Below are positions 25,306 to 36,747 of a DNA stretch of 64,000 nt, in pieces; within the stretch, counting starts at the first letter, position 1; each line of letters opens with the position of its first letter. A program made the translations under genes and the position numbers. Below the pieces are notes generated by a model. The model did no database searches. It was not told the origin of the DNA and saw only the letters and a list, made by a program, of their open reading frames with translations. Source of the stretch: Callorhinchus milii (lineage: Eukaryota); NCBI RefSeq assembly GCF_018977255.1, contig NW_024704743.1:99698001-99762000 (forward strand). Reading direction: 5' to 3'.

Positions 25306-25985
25306 CTTTACAGTATATTCTGTGAAGCGCTTTGGGACGTCCTCCCGACGTGAAAAGCGCTATATCAAATGCAAGGATTATTATTATTATTATTATTATT
25401 ATCCACGCTTTCATTACATCCCGGCTTGACTAAGCCAACTGCATGCTCACTGGACTTCCCAACTCTTCCCTTCACACGTTTCAAATTATTCAGAACTTTG
25501 CAGCTCGTGTCCTCTCCCACACCAGGCTCCGGGAACCTATCATTGCCATTCTTGCCTAGCTTCACTGACTCTCCATTCCTCAGAGAATTAAGTACAAAAC
25601 CCTCGTTCTTACCTTCAAGGTCTTGCTCCCCCCTACTTCTCCGACCTCATAACCCCATATCAGCCTGTCCGCTCCCTCCGCTCGGTGGACTCAGCCTGCT
25701 TCAGGTCCCCGCATTTCCTGCCCCATCATTGACAGTTGGACATTTAGTATCTCTGCCCTCACACTCTGGAACTCTATCCCACAATCCCTTCACCTCACCC
25801 CCTCTCTTACCTCCTTCAACTCCCATCTGAAGACCTTCTTCGACCGTGCCTTTGGCCACCCTCCCACCCCCATCCCCCCATGCCTTCCTCCCCTTCTGAC
25901 CGCAACTCCCAGCTCGGGACCAAAACCCATGATTGTCCAGCACCCTGGGGCGTCTTTCTGACATGAAGGGTGCTATACAAGTGTA
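24690..25985 (+). mobile_element. Degenerate L2 (RT core to tail) with an inserted (TA)n tract and SINE tail at ~25280-25400
   Basis: [33 protein letters not shown] tail GGGACGTCCTCCCGACGTGAAAAGCGCT(ATT)n. Confidence 0.85.
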
Positions 25986-25989
25986 ACTT

Positions 25990-26268
25990 GTTTTATAGTT
26001 TGTGGGTGAAACGTAGCTGCCAATTGCGCATAACAGTGTTCCACAAACAATCACATCAAAGCTACTAAATTATTATTTTTTTGAAGGGATTATTACCCCT
26101 GAAAAAGTGATCCACCAATCAACTAACAACAGGTTCCTACTTACTGCTAGGTAAACTGAAGCATGTGGAGTAAGGAAACTTGCCTAAGGTTTCACCCTGC
26201 CTGGGAATCGAACTCAGGACCTCTCATTTGCAAAGTGAGTGCTCTAACCATTAAGCTACAAAATTCCA
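25990..26268 (-). mobile_element. tRNA-head Deu-SINE, long subfamily
   Basis: Reverse complement of the SINE head (TAGCTTAATGGTTAGAGCAC, GAGTTCGATTCC) plus the AGCAGTAAGTAGGAAC segment. Confidence 0.7.
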
Positions 26269-26980
26269 TTAGGAGTCCTAATAACAAGGCTATGATTACT
26301 TTGTCAGAAACAACAAGAACTTGTTCCTCACAAATTTAATCCTGTTCATTGCTGTAGAAAGACTGAACACACATATAACTGACCCTAATCCAGCTTCTTG
26401 ATTAACAATTAATTTAAACTTTATTTTACCAGGACAGAGTTCGAGGTAATATCAGAGGCTGGAGAGAGTATCGTAGAGGTGGTGTATAAAGCTTTGTCAC
26501 TGTTATTCTGTACAGAAGTTTTGGATTGAAAGGAATGAACGAGTTCCAGCAGTTCTGGTGTTTTTGGAATACATATGGGATTTGGGCTGAGGAACCCAAG
26601 ATCTTACATCTTGGACTCTGGAGTCCAGGTCTCATTCACATCAAAGCTACTGCTTTCCTTGTCTTTGGAGTGGAGGTGAGGTTTCTCTGCAACCTGCCAA
26701 TCAGAGCTTTAATATTCCATCATTACAAGCACATAGCCTTTGCCGAACATTGAAATTGTGAACATTGACAGGCAAGATTGGATTTTCTTTGATATTCCCA
26801 CTCTCTGAGTACCTGTTTCAGCTATGTGCAAACTCCCTTGTTTCCCTGGGGATAACTTTGATTTGATTCCCAGTGAAACTCTGATGTGATTACCAAACTG
26901 AGGAGCTGAATGTTTCCAACTCAAGAAAGTTTGCAATCCTTACAGACCAACGATGGGCAGCTCCACTGTGTATCTTTTCC

Positions 26981-27676
26981 AACAGAGATATTGATTTGAT
27001 CTTCTTAGTGCTTAAGATAACATGCTGTCTGTCTCATTGTCCATTTCAGCCTTCAGTGATTCAATAGTGTTGTGTGTTTCAGATGAGAAGTAACCATATG
27101 ATAGAGGATAGTGTCATCTGCAAGAGGAACAATGTCACTTTTGATGAAAATCAACAGGACACACATTGTGGGAGAAACACTTACAACCGTATGGATCTTG
27201 AACTTTAAAATTGAACTGCGTGGCTATATATAACAGACAGCATCACCAACACAAGGACGCGGAGGCAAATGAGAGATCCAACGTGGAGAAAAAGAAGAGG
27301 TAGCAGTTTGGGTTGGGGGGAACAATTTTCCTGTAAAAATGAAGATTCATACAAGAAATTGAATATAAAAAGTGACTGGATCAAACCACTGTTAGTATTC
27401 TATCCCGAGGGAATGTGGGGAGCTGTAACTGCATGACTTTTATGAGAGACAAGTTAGCACATCTGACTTATCTCTAGGAAGATTCAGTGTTCCTAGAACA
27501 TTCCTAGAAGATTCTAGGAAGAACACTACATTGATACTGGTAGCATATTGGAATGAACCTTACAGCTGGAAGAGTAAGTTCCTGTTCAAGTTCAGTTTCA
27601 GAGAACACCGTTTGTATCCCAAAACGTAACATTCAGGGCAAACACAGGGCATGCTTTTCAACACAAATTTACATAG
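26981..27676 (+). repeat. Local direct duplication, copy 2
   Basis: Colinear with 23892-24510. Confidence 0.85.
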
Positions 27677-28009
27677 CTAGTGCGGGATGCAACAAGTTCC
27701 CAGTCGGGTATCATCTTTTGGATGAGATGTTAAGTCAGGGTTCTGACTGTCAGCCTGTTCAGGGAAGATGTCAAAGATACCGTGACACTATTCACAAAAG
27801 AGAATGCATCTCACCCATTGTCTGGGCCAAAAATCCTATGGATAAAATTAATCATTTGCCTCCTGGCTGTTGTAGGGTATTGTTGTGTGTAAGTTGATAG
27901 TTTGCCTATAACACAGACAATCACTGAACTTTACAGTAAATCCCGTGAAGTGCTTTTGATGATAAGCTGGGCCTATAGAAAAGTGCGGTTGCATTTTCCA
28001 GTACACTAC

Positions 28010-28803
28010 AACGGATGAGTATAAACTTCCTGTAGCTGAATATGGACAAAACAGAAGCGATGCTCCTTGACCCCCATCAATGTCTTCACTCCTGCGGATC
28101 TAAGCTCCTCAATCTCCTTGGGCTCCCCCTCAGACTCACCAAACCAGTGCGCAAACCAGGCATCTGGTTCGACACCCAACTGTTCTTCCTCCCCACATCT
28201 GGTCCATGACCACGACCGCCTTCTTCCACCTCCACCACGTTGTCCGCCTCCAACCGTACCCAAATGCAGCTGAAACCCTCGTGCATGTCACCCCCCCCCG
28301 CTTGGATTACTCCAACGCACTCCACCAGTTCATTCAAAACTCTGCCGCCTGCACACTGACCCGGACCAAACTCCGTAACCACATCTCACCAGTTCTGGCC
28401 AAGCTCCACTGGCTCCCCATCACTGAATGGATTGACTTTGAGATCCTCACGCTTGTGTTCAAATCCATTCACTCCCTGGCACCTCCCTACCTCTCCAACC
28501 TCCTCACTCCCCAATCCACCACCCGGCGCCTCCGCTTGACTGGCACCAGCCTCCTGCTCATCCCTGGCACCCTCCGCTCCACCATCAGTGCTTTTAGCCA
28601 CTACACCCCAAAACTCTGGAACACTCTCCCTCAGTCTCTCCGCCTTGCCCCCTCTCTCCTCTCTTTCAAGTCCCGCCTGAAGATTTTCTTGTTCGACCGC
28701 ACTTACACCCACCTCCTCCTGGCTTGAAGTCAGGCTCCTCCAATGTTAAGCGCTCTGAGACCCTGCGTGGAGGGCGCTATATAAATGCAAGTTGTTGTTG
28801 TTG
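28010..28803 (+). mobile_element. L2 3' part, second tail subfamily
   Basis: ORF 28206-28727 RLDYSNA...LHWLPITEWIDFEIL...KLWNTLPQ; tail AGCGCTCTGAGACCCTGCGTGGAGGGCGCTATATAAATGCAAG(TTG)n. Confidence 0.85.
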
Positions 28804-29297
28804 TCTCGGAGTGTGTATCTCTCTTTGTGTCTCTGAGTGCATGTGTCTTTGTGAGTGTATATGTCTCTCTCTATATCTCTGAGTGTGTGTGTCTCTATGT
28901 CTGTGTATGTCTCTCTCTCTGTGTCTGTGAGTATGTGTGTCTCTTTCTCTGTGTCTGTATGTGTGTCTCTATGTCTGTCTCTCCTTCTTGTCTGTGAGTG
29001 TGTGTCTCTCTCTGGGTCTCTGTATCTGGCGCCAGCCCCGAGAGGCAGGAGGTGGTGAGCTCCTGTAGCCTCACTGGTGTACCTTCACCACCACCCCCCC
29101 AAAAAATTGGCTACCCAGTTTTCGTTAAAGTAGCAATAAATCATTTTTTTGTAACAATCCAGTATGTATTGTTTCTTATGTTCGTTTTTATCAATAAAGT
29201 GAAAACATGAAGCAGTAAAATGTGCCTCAATTGCACCAATCAACCCCTGCAATTTTCCCTGCAAATTTTGGCAAAGCCCTCCACAAATTCCCACAGG
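28804..29297 (+). repeat. TG/TC low-complexity tract plus ~250 bp segment homologous to 23460-23720
   Basis: Shared TCCTGTAGCCTC.CTGGTG, CCCAGTTTT.GTTAAAG, TTTTTATCAAT.AAGTGAAAA, CAGTAAAATGT.CCTCAAT. Confidence 0.7.
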
Positions 29298-29707
29298 ATT
29301 TGTATTGTGAGTGATATTTATGATTTATCTATTTGTTTGTTCTATGTCTTTTGGTTGATAGCCTGTGAGAGCAACAAAGGAAACAATAAGAAAGGAGTAA
29401 AAAATGAAGGGCAATTAATTGGATAGCTGGATTTAAACATCTGAGTTTCAAATGTTCTCAATGGAGAAAAGGAAGGCTTAGGGGGAAATGTATTAATTTA
29501 TTCACAATCTATTTTAGCATAAAATTAATCCTAAAATATGGTGAACACTGTGACAAGCAGGACACCGCTTGAATCGAAGAAATAGAAACATGAGGCAATT
29601 TAGATTTAGTCACTTTAAACAAAGAGGATGAAAATTCCAAATGGAAAACCCAGGGAGACGATGGGTGCAGATTACACTAGCAGATTCAAGTAAGAATTAG
29701 AAACCTT

Positions 29708-31125
29708 AACAACAACAACAAAAACTTGGATTTATATAGCATCCTCCATGCCGGACGGCGTCTCAGAGCGCTTTACAGTAACGGATCCTGGGACCGAGCC
29801 AGGGGGAGGGGGAGGAAGCTGACCAAAGGCGCGGTCGAAAAGAAAGGTCTTCAGCAGAGACCTGAAAATAGGAAGGGAGGGAACAAGATGAAGGGAGTGA
29901 GGAAGGCAGTTCCAATGCCTCAGGGAATAGTGGCTGAAGGCACAACCGCCGAGGGTGGAGCAGAGGACTAGGGGGACGAGAAAGAGGCCAGACCTGGAGG
30001 AACAAAGGCAACAGGTTCTGTTTTGAGGAGAGAGGAGGTCAGAGACGTAGGTAGGTGCAGAGGAGCACAGGGACAACGAGCGATGCGTCGGAGGTGGAAG
30101 AAAGCGGTGCTGGTGAGGGACCAGATGTGGAGAAGGAAGGATAATTGGGGGTCAAACCTGATGCCATGGTTGCGTACGGGTTCAGAGAGTTTTAGGGGGA
30201 GGTTGGGTAGGTGGAGGAGGTGAGAGCCTTGAGATTTCAGAGTATGGCTTCCGTCTTGTCAAGGTTCAGCTGAAGGAAGTTTGCGCTCATCCAACTCCTG
30301 AGATCTGACAGGCAGGCTGACAGAATATCAGGGGACTGGGGGGGTCACAAAGAGAGGTGGAAAAATAGAGTTGGGTGTCATCTGCATATATGTGGAAATA
30401 TATCCTATGTCTGCGGATGACATCCCCAAGAGGGAGCATGTAGATCAGAAAGAGGAGGGGGCCAAGGATGGATCCTTGGGGGACTCCGCATGTAACCGGG
30501 TGAGAACAGGAGGAGAAGCCGCTTGTGCAGATGTACTGCTGGCGGTTTGTGAAGTAGGACTCGAACCAGGTAAGTGTGGTCCCACTGAGGTGGATGACGA
30601 AGGAAAGGCTGTGGAGGAGGATGGCGTGATCGACTGTGTTGAACGTGGCGGAGAGGTCCAGGAGGACAAGGAGGCAGAGGGAGCCCTGGTCACAGATAGA
30701 GAGGATGTCATTTGTGACTTTCACAATTGCAGTCTCTATACTGTGGGCAGGGCGGAAACTGCACTGGAGGGGCTCAAAGAAGGAGTGGGAGGAGAGGTTT
30801 GCGCGAAGTTGATTGGCAACAAAGCGTTCTAGAACTTTTGCGAGGAAGGGCAGGTTAGAAATAGGGCGGTAATGGCTGGGGTTTGAGGGATCTAGGGAGG
30901 GTATTTTGAGGAGGGGGGTGATGACAGCAATTTTGAGGGAGGCAGGGACTGATCCAGAGGAGAGGGACTGGTTGATAATGTCAGCCAGTAGTGGGCAGAG
31001 GAGGGGGAGCTGGGTGACCAGCACGTTGGTGGGGAGGGGGTGGGTTTCATGAAGGTGATGGTGTGTGAGAGGGAGGAGGGAGAGATGGGGAGGAAAGAAT
31101 GTAGAATGGGAGTGGGGGTTCTGTG
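29708..31125 (-). mobile_element. L2 (RT core and tail) with internal deletion near 30075
   Basis: ORF 30287-31024: [49 protein letters not shown]. Confidence 0.9.
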
Positions 31126-31393
31126 GGTCCCACTTACCTTTGGACCAGAACTTCCATCACCATTGCATTCGACTCCTTTCTGAAGACAGTAAGGATTTAA
31201 TTTGCAGAACTTCTTGATGTGATTCCTTAATAAAGAATGCTCACTGCACAAATTGGGAACATCTTCTTATAACCAGAACTATGATGTCAACCTCATGGGA
31301 ACTCTGCTCCGACACGATATACTACCAGGGCAGTTTTCTTGGGAATTGATGGATTCCTTAGAAAAAAAACCTTCAAGCTATTAATAATAATAA

Positions 31394-31740
31394 GTGGAGT
31401 CCTGTAGCTTATTGGTTAGAGGACTCGCCTCACATTCGAGAGGACCTGGGTTTGATACCCGGGCAGGGCGAAACGTTAGGAAGGTTTCCTCACTCCACAT
31501 ACCTCTGTTTAACTAACAGTAAGTTGGAACAAGGTTGTTAGTCGATTGGTATATCGCTTTTCCGGGGATAATAATCCTTAAAACAAATGTGGTCACCCAA
31601 TCCACGACTGTTTGTGGAACACTGCTGTGTGCAATTGGCTTCGGCATTTCGCCCACAAAATATAGTCAATTCAACTTTGCAGTATATTCTGTGAAGCGCT
31701 TTGAGACGTCTTGAAGATGTGATAAGGCAATATATCAAAT
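31394..31740 (+). mobile_element. tRNA-head Deu-SINE, long subfamily
   Basis: GTGGAGTCCTGTAGCT head, extra CTCTGTTT...CAGTAAGT segment, tail TTGAGACGTCTTGAAGATGTGATAAGG; abuts an oppositely oriented SINE tail. Confidence 0.8.
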
Positions 31741-34252
31741 CCTTGCATTTGATATAGCACTTTTCTCATCAGAAAGATGTCTCAAAAGCTTCACAGGATT
31801 TACTGCAAAGCTAGAACCCATTGCTCTCCGCATTTTCTGTGCAATTTTTTGACAGCCTGACAGGCAGAGAATCTCCACGGTGTCAGTGTGGCAAGTCAAG
31901 ATCTCATTATCAACTTGATGTGATGTTTACCTGTGATATTTTGTGCCATTACATGGGTGGTAGCTTTATTTCTCTGCCAGAACATATAATAGTCCAGTGG
32001 CAGAAATATCATCAGTGGCACTGGATGGCTTAGCAGAAAATACATGGTGGAAAAGTCTGAAATCTGGTAATATCTTGCCAGATTTTGTGGTTTAATTTGA
32101 ATGTAGGTTAATGTCGGGTAGAATTGAATAACCACTGAAGTGGGATACGTGCTTAGAGAGGATTTTATGATACCAAAATTACACATAGGCAGGATTATAA
32201 GAAAGTTCTGGAAAATCCATTCGAAGCAAGAATGGAAACCCCATTAGAGCAGCTGCATCAAGTATTAAAGACCCAGAAAGCATTATTGGCAAGAGTATTA
32301 AGAATGTAATTAAATCTGCCAGTCAAGGAAATAAGTAGAGCTTTGTGGGATGCAACTGTTCGTTATAGTATTCAATCATTAGCCCATGTAGGAAAATAAT
32401 AATAAACCCAAAGAAGCCCACTTCACCTATTAATAGAGCACATGGGTAAAAGTTGCACTATTGTAGCACAGGGAACAACTAATATAATGGAAGAGTACCG
32501 AGCTGCTCTGAGACCAAATGTATTTTGGAAAGTCTAGAGTCTCGTGCACTATAGACTGTTTCAAAGCTATTAATATTTTGCTGAATTAATTTTGTTAATA
32601 GCAATGTAATTTTATTCAGCCTAAAAATATTTTACCCTCTTTACTCTTCCAGTGCAGTACTAAAGGTGTGCTACATGATTGGAGTTACAATCCTTTGGAT
32701 TAAACATTAAATCAAGGCACTATCTGCTTGTTCAGGTGGATGTTAAATATTCAATGGCATCATTTGAAAAGAGAAGGGAGTTTCTTCTAATCTCCTGGTC
32801 ACCAGTCCCCAAAATGAAATTGATTCATTCAGACCATGGCTGTGTATGAGACATTGCTGTGAGCAACTTGGTTGTCACTTTCACATACAAAAATGTAGTC
32901 ACTAAACCTTACAGTAAATCGTTTGATGCTCTTTAGGATATCCTCCTGATGTGAAAGGCATTAAATCAATTGCAAGGATGATTAAGGGGTACAATTAATT
33001 GACACAAGTGATAATTAACACAGCACATAAAGTCCATCTGTTGATGTTTCAATTTACTGACTAACTGCGAGTTCAGTTGTCACAGTTGTTTGCGTCTGAC
33101 ATTTTTCTCCAGGATATGCTGGATTTAACATCCATGGGTCACAGCATCAAATAGCAGGATACTGGATGAACTCATAGGTTCAGTTGCTATACAACTAATT
33201 GGCACTCCAATTAACGTTTATGATCTTTTTAAGAAGAAACTGGCCAACTATCCCTCAAATAAAACTGGTCATTCACTCCATGGCTGTTTGTGGGACATGG
33301 CCGTGCACAAATTGGCTGCTGTATTAGCCCACAAAATACACATAGTCACATCACGTAACACTATATTTCATGAATTGCTTTGAGATGTCTTGACGACGTG
33401 ATAAGGCACTAGGTCAAAGGATTAATATTAATATAAGAAATGGATAACTTGTGAAAATTAAAGGGATCGTGTATCAAATTATCTTTTGGTATACCAATAA
33501 CATAATATAAATTTGCCCTGTGTAAGTAAAGTGCATTTACATTTACTGGAATGTTTGCCTGCAGTGAGCTGGATTTTAGTTCTGAATGTTCTAAGATGGG
33601 TTGATCAAAGTGACTTTGGTCTCCTCTGTGCTGAATCATACAATTATTTGCATATTCATGCAATGCATGATATGCAAATAAACCTTTTGTTACTTGGTTA
33701 TAATGAGAAGCTGACCTTGTATCTTCCCACTGTGATTTAATCAACATTTATCTTTCAGATTTTCCTTTTAGCTGATTCTTGTTGTGTGTTTAAGCAACTA
33801 CATAATGCTTTCAGTTTGGTTTAAACAGTAGCACAGTAGTAACCACAGTTACCTCTAGGTCAGAAAGTTCAAACATTTTATGGGACTTCAGTTTTTGGTC
33901 TAGGCTGACAGTCCAGGGGAGAATCATGTTGTTGGAGATTCTGTTATTTGGATGAAATTTTTTGAAATGAGGCTCCATTTACCATTTTAGATGGATATCA
34001 AACGTCCATGACACTATTCAAAACAAGAGAACAGAGTACATCCTGGTGTCACTGTGACACCAGCTACTGTCAAGCGATCCAGGACACTACCTTGTGTGAA
34101 GGGCACCATTTGAATGCAAGTTGTTGTGTTGTTATGTCCTGAGCAATAATCATCAAGATAAATTAATCACTTATCTCTTGACTGTTTGTGGGAACTTACT
34201 GTACACTAAACAGAATCACATTTCGCTATGAAATAGTTACTAAAGTAATTGG

Positions 34253-35151
34253 ACGAGAGATAACTTTCTTCAGCTCAACGTGCACAAAACTGAGGCCCTC
34301 CTGATTGGCTCGCGTCAGCGCCTCCGCACCTCAGGCGCTGACAGCATCAGCATCCAAGGCTGCACTCTCCACCTCTCAAAGCCAATCAGGAACCTCGGGG
34401 TTCTGTTCGACCCTGAGCTGTCCTTTCTCCCTCATATCCGCGCCACAACTGGCACCGCCTTCCATCACCTCCGGAATATCACCAGACTACGGCACTACCT
34501 CACCCCTCACGCTGCTGAAACTCTGGTCCACGCCTTTATCACCTCAAGGCTGGACTATGGGAACTCTCTCCTCGTCGGCCTTCCCGGCACCTCCCTCCAC
34601 AAGCTGCAGGTCATTCAGAACTCTGCAGCTCGTGTACTGTCCCGCACCAGGCTTCGCGACCACATCACTCCCACCCTCGCTCACCTCCATTGGCTCCCCA
34701 ATCCCCAGAGGATCGAATTCAAGATCCTCATCCTCACCTACAAGGCCATTCATGGCCTTGCTCCCTCCTACCTCTCTGACCTACTATCCCCCTACTTACC
34801 TGCCCGTACCCTCCGTTCCTCTGGCTCCGGTCTGCTCCACATCCCCCGCCCCAACTGCCCTACCAGCGGTGGCTGGGCTTTCAGTCTCTCAGCCCCGAGG
34901 CTCTGGAACTCCATCCCCCAGTGCCTTTGCCTTGCTTCCTTGTTTCCTCCTTCAAGGCCAGTCTCAAGACCTTTCTCTTCAACTGTGCCTTCACCTCCCC
35001 TCTCGACTCTCTACGCCCTCCTCGCTCCCTCCCTTCCCTCCTCACCCTGACCATTTCCCCCTGCTCGGGTCCTGACCCAACTGTCCAGTGCCTTGGGACG
35101 TCCTCCCGACGCGAAAGGCGCTCTATAAATGCAATCTTGTTGTTGTTGTTG
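34253..35151 (+). mobile_element. Young 5'-truncated L2 3' end inserted in an old SINE
   Basis: ORF 34280-35050 KTEALLIGS...[12 protein letters not shown]...[10 protein letters not shown]...LWNSIP; (TTG)n tail. Confidence 0.92.
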
Positions 35152-35361
35152 TAAAGTGACAGTAATTACTGTCAAGCACTTTTGAATAGTTTGATATAAG
35201 ATATTATAAAAATGTAAGTTCTTCTTCCATAGCTAATTATCTGGTGTGGTTGGTAGTTGTGTGTGATATCTCCATGTTTGCTGTTACTGTGATTTCCCTA
35301 CAGTGATTGGTGGGTATGCTCTATTCTCTGGTGTGTCTGCAGTGGACGGTGGACGGTCTGG

Positions 35362-35418
35362 TGGACGGTCCCCCAGTGAAAGCAGACTGTATGTCTGCTT
35401 TCACTGGGGGACCGTCCA
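35362..35418. repeat. Perfect 26 bp inverted repeat with 5 nt loop
   Basis: TGGACGGTCCCCCAGTGAAAGCAGAC-TGTAT-GTCTGCTTTCACTGGGGGACCGTCCA. Confidence 0.95.
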
Positions 35419-35929
35419 GTGCCGAAATCCTGACCCATTCCTTTTCAACTAGATCCTTTGATTTTAAGGTGGTCACTCTCATTCCTCTTGCAATATAATG
35501 GGTCTCACTTCCCTCTGGTGGCTGGATGCATCATTGCTTTTCTCCTTTAGCTTTACTGGTGCTTTTTTGTACATTGTTCGTGAATTCATATACATTATGG
35601 TCTCCTCTGCCTGTTTGAGTGGACAATAAAGATCTCATCACACTACTCAAAAAGATAAGGGAGTATTTCCCAGTGTTCTGGTCAACAAATCCTCCAGTTA
35701 AATTGATCATTTACTTCCTGGCTATTTGTGGGACACTGCTGTGTACAAATTGGCCTCCACATTCACTTATAAATACACAGTCACAACAATTAAGAGTAAT
35801 TGACTGTGAAGCGATTGAGGGATTCCAATGAGATAGGTGTTGTAGCAAGTGCAAGGACGGTTATTATACTTGGGTTTGATAATGAGAGGGATCCAAATCT
35901 AAAATCCCACTCACCCAATAACAATTACA

Positions 35930-36380
35930 CCAACGAGGAGAGGTTGAGTAGACTACGCCTATATTCTCTAGAATATAGAAGAATTAGAGGTGATTTTATA
36001 GAAACCTATAAGATTCTTAAGGGTCTTGACAGGGTAGATAGTGTGAGACTGTTTCCCCTGGTTGGAGAATCTAAAACTAGGGGTCGTAGTCTCAGGATTA
36101 AAGGTCAGCCCATTAGAACTGAGTTGAGAAAACATTTCTTCACTCAGAGGATGGTGAAATTATGGAATTCTCTACCCCAGAAGGTTGTGGATGCTCAGTT
36201 GTTGAACATATTCAAGACTGAGAATGATAGATTTCTAAAAATTAAAGGGATTAAGGGATATGGGGATAGGGCAGGTAAATGAAATTAGGTTAGAAGATCA
36301 GCCATGCTCTTATTAAATGCGGGGCAGGCTCGAGGGGCTGAATGGCCTACCCATGCTCCTATTTCTTATGTTCTTATGTT
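35930..36380 (+). mobile_element. CR1 LINE 3' end with probable 7 bp TSD
   Basis: EERLSRLRLYSLEYRRIRGDFIETYKILKGLD...FFTQRMVKLWNSLP...GIKGYG; tail GGGCTGAATGGCCTAC...(TTCTTATG)2; AATTACA at 35923-35929 and 36381-36387. Confidence 0.9.
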
Positions 36381-36747
36381 AATTACAATAACACAACATG
36401 GTGAGTGGAGTGAATAGGGATTGAACAGAAGCAATAATAATCTATTTGCCACTAACTGTTATAATAATGATAATAATCCTTGCATTTGGCATAGTGCCTT
36501 TTGTATCAAGAGGACATCCCAAAGTGCTTCACAAGATATATTGTAAAAAGGCATGACTGTGTTTTGAGTGTGGATGCAGCAGCCAATTTGCGCAAAACAA
36601 TGTCCCACAAACAGCCATGAAGTGAATAATCAATTTTATTTGGGGATTGTTGGCCAAGACAATTTATGTGATTATAGTTGGATTTCTTGTTAGTGGCAAA
36701 GGGAATAAATCACTTCAGTTCTACAAGGTGGAAATGATGGGAGAGAT

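Noticed and set aside
34043..34063. Short palindrome CTGGTGTCAC-T-GTGACACCAG
   Set aside because: Lies at the junction between an old SINE and an L2 tail; probably an insertion scar and too short to interpret.
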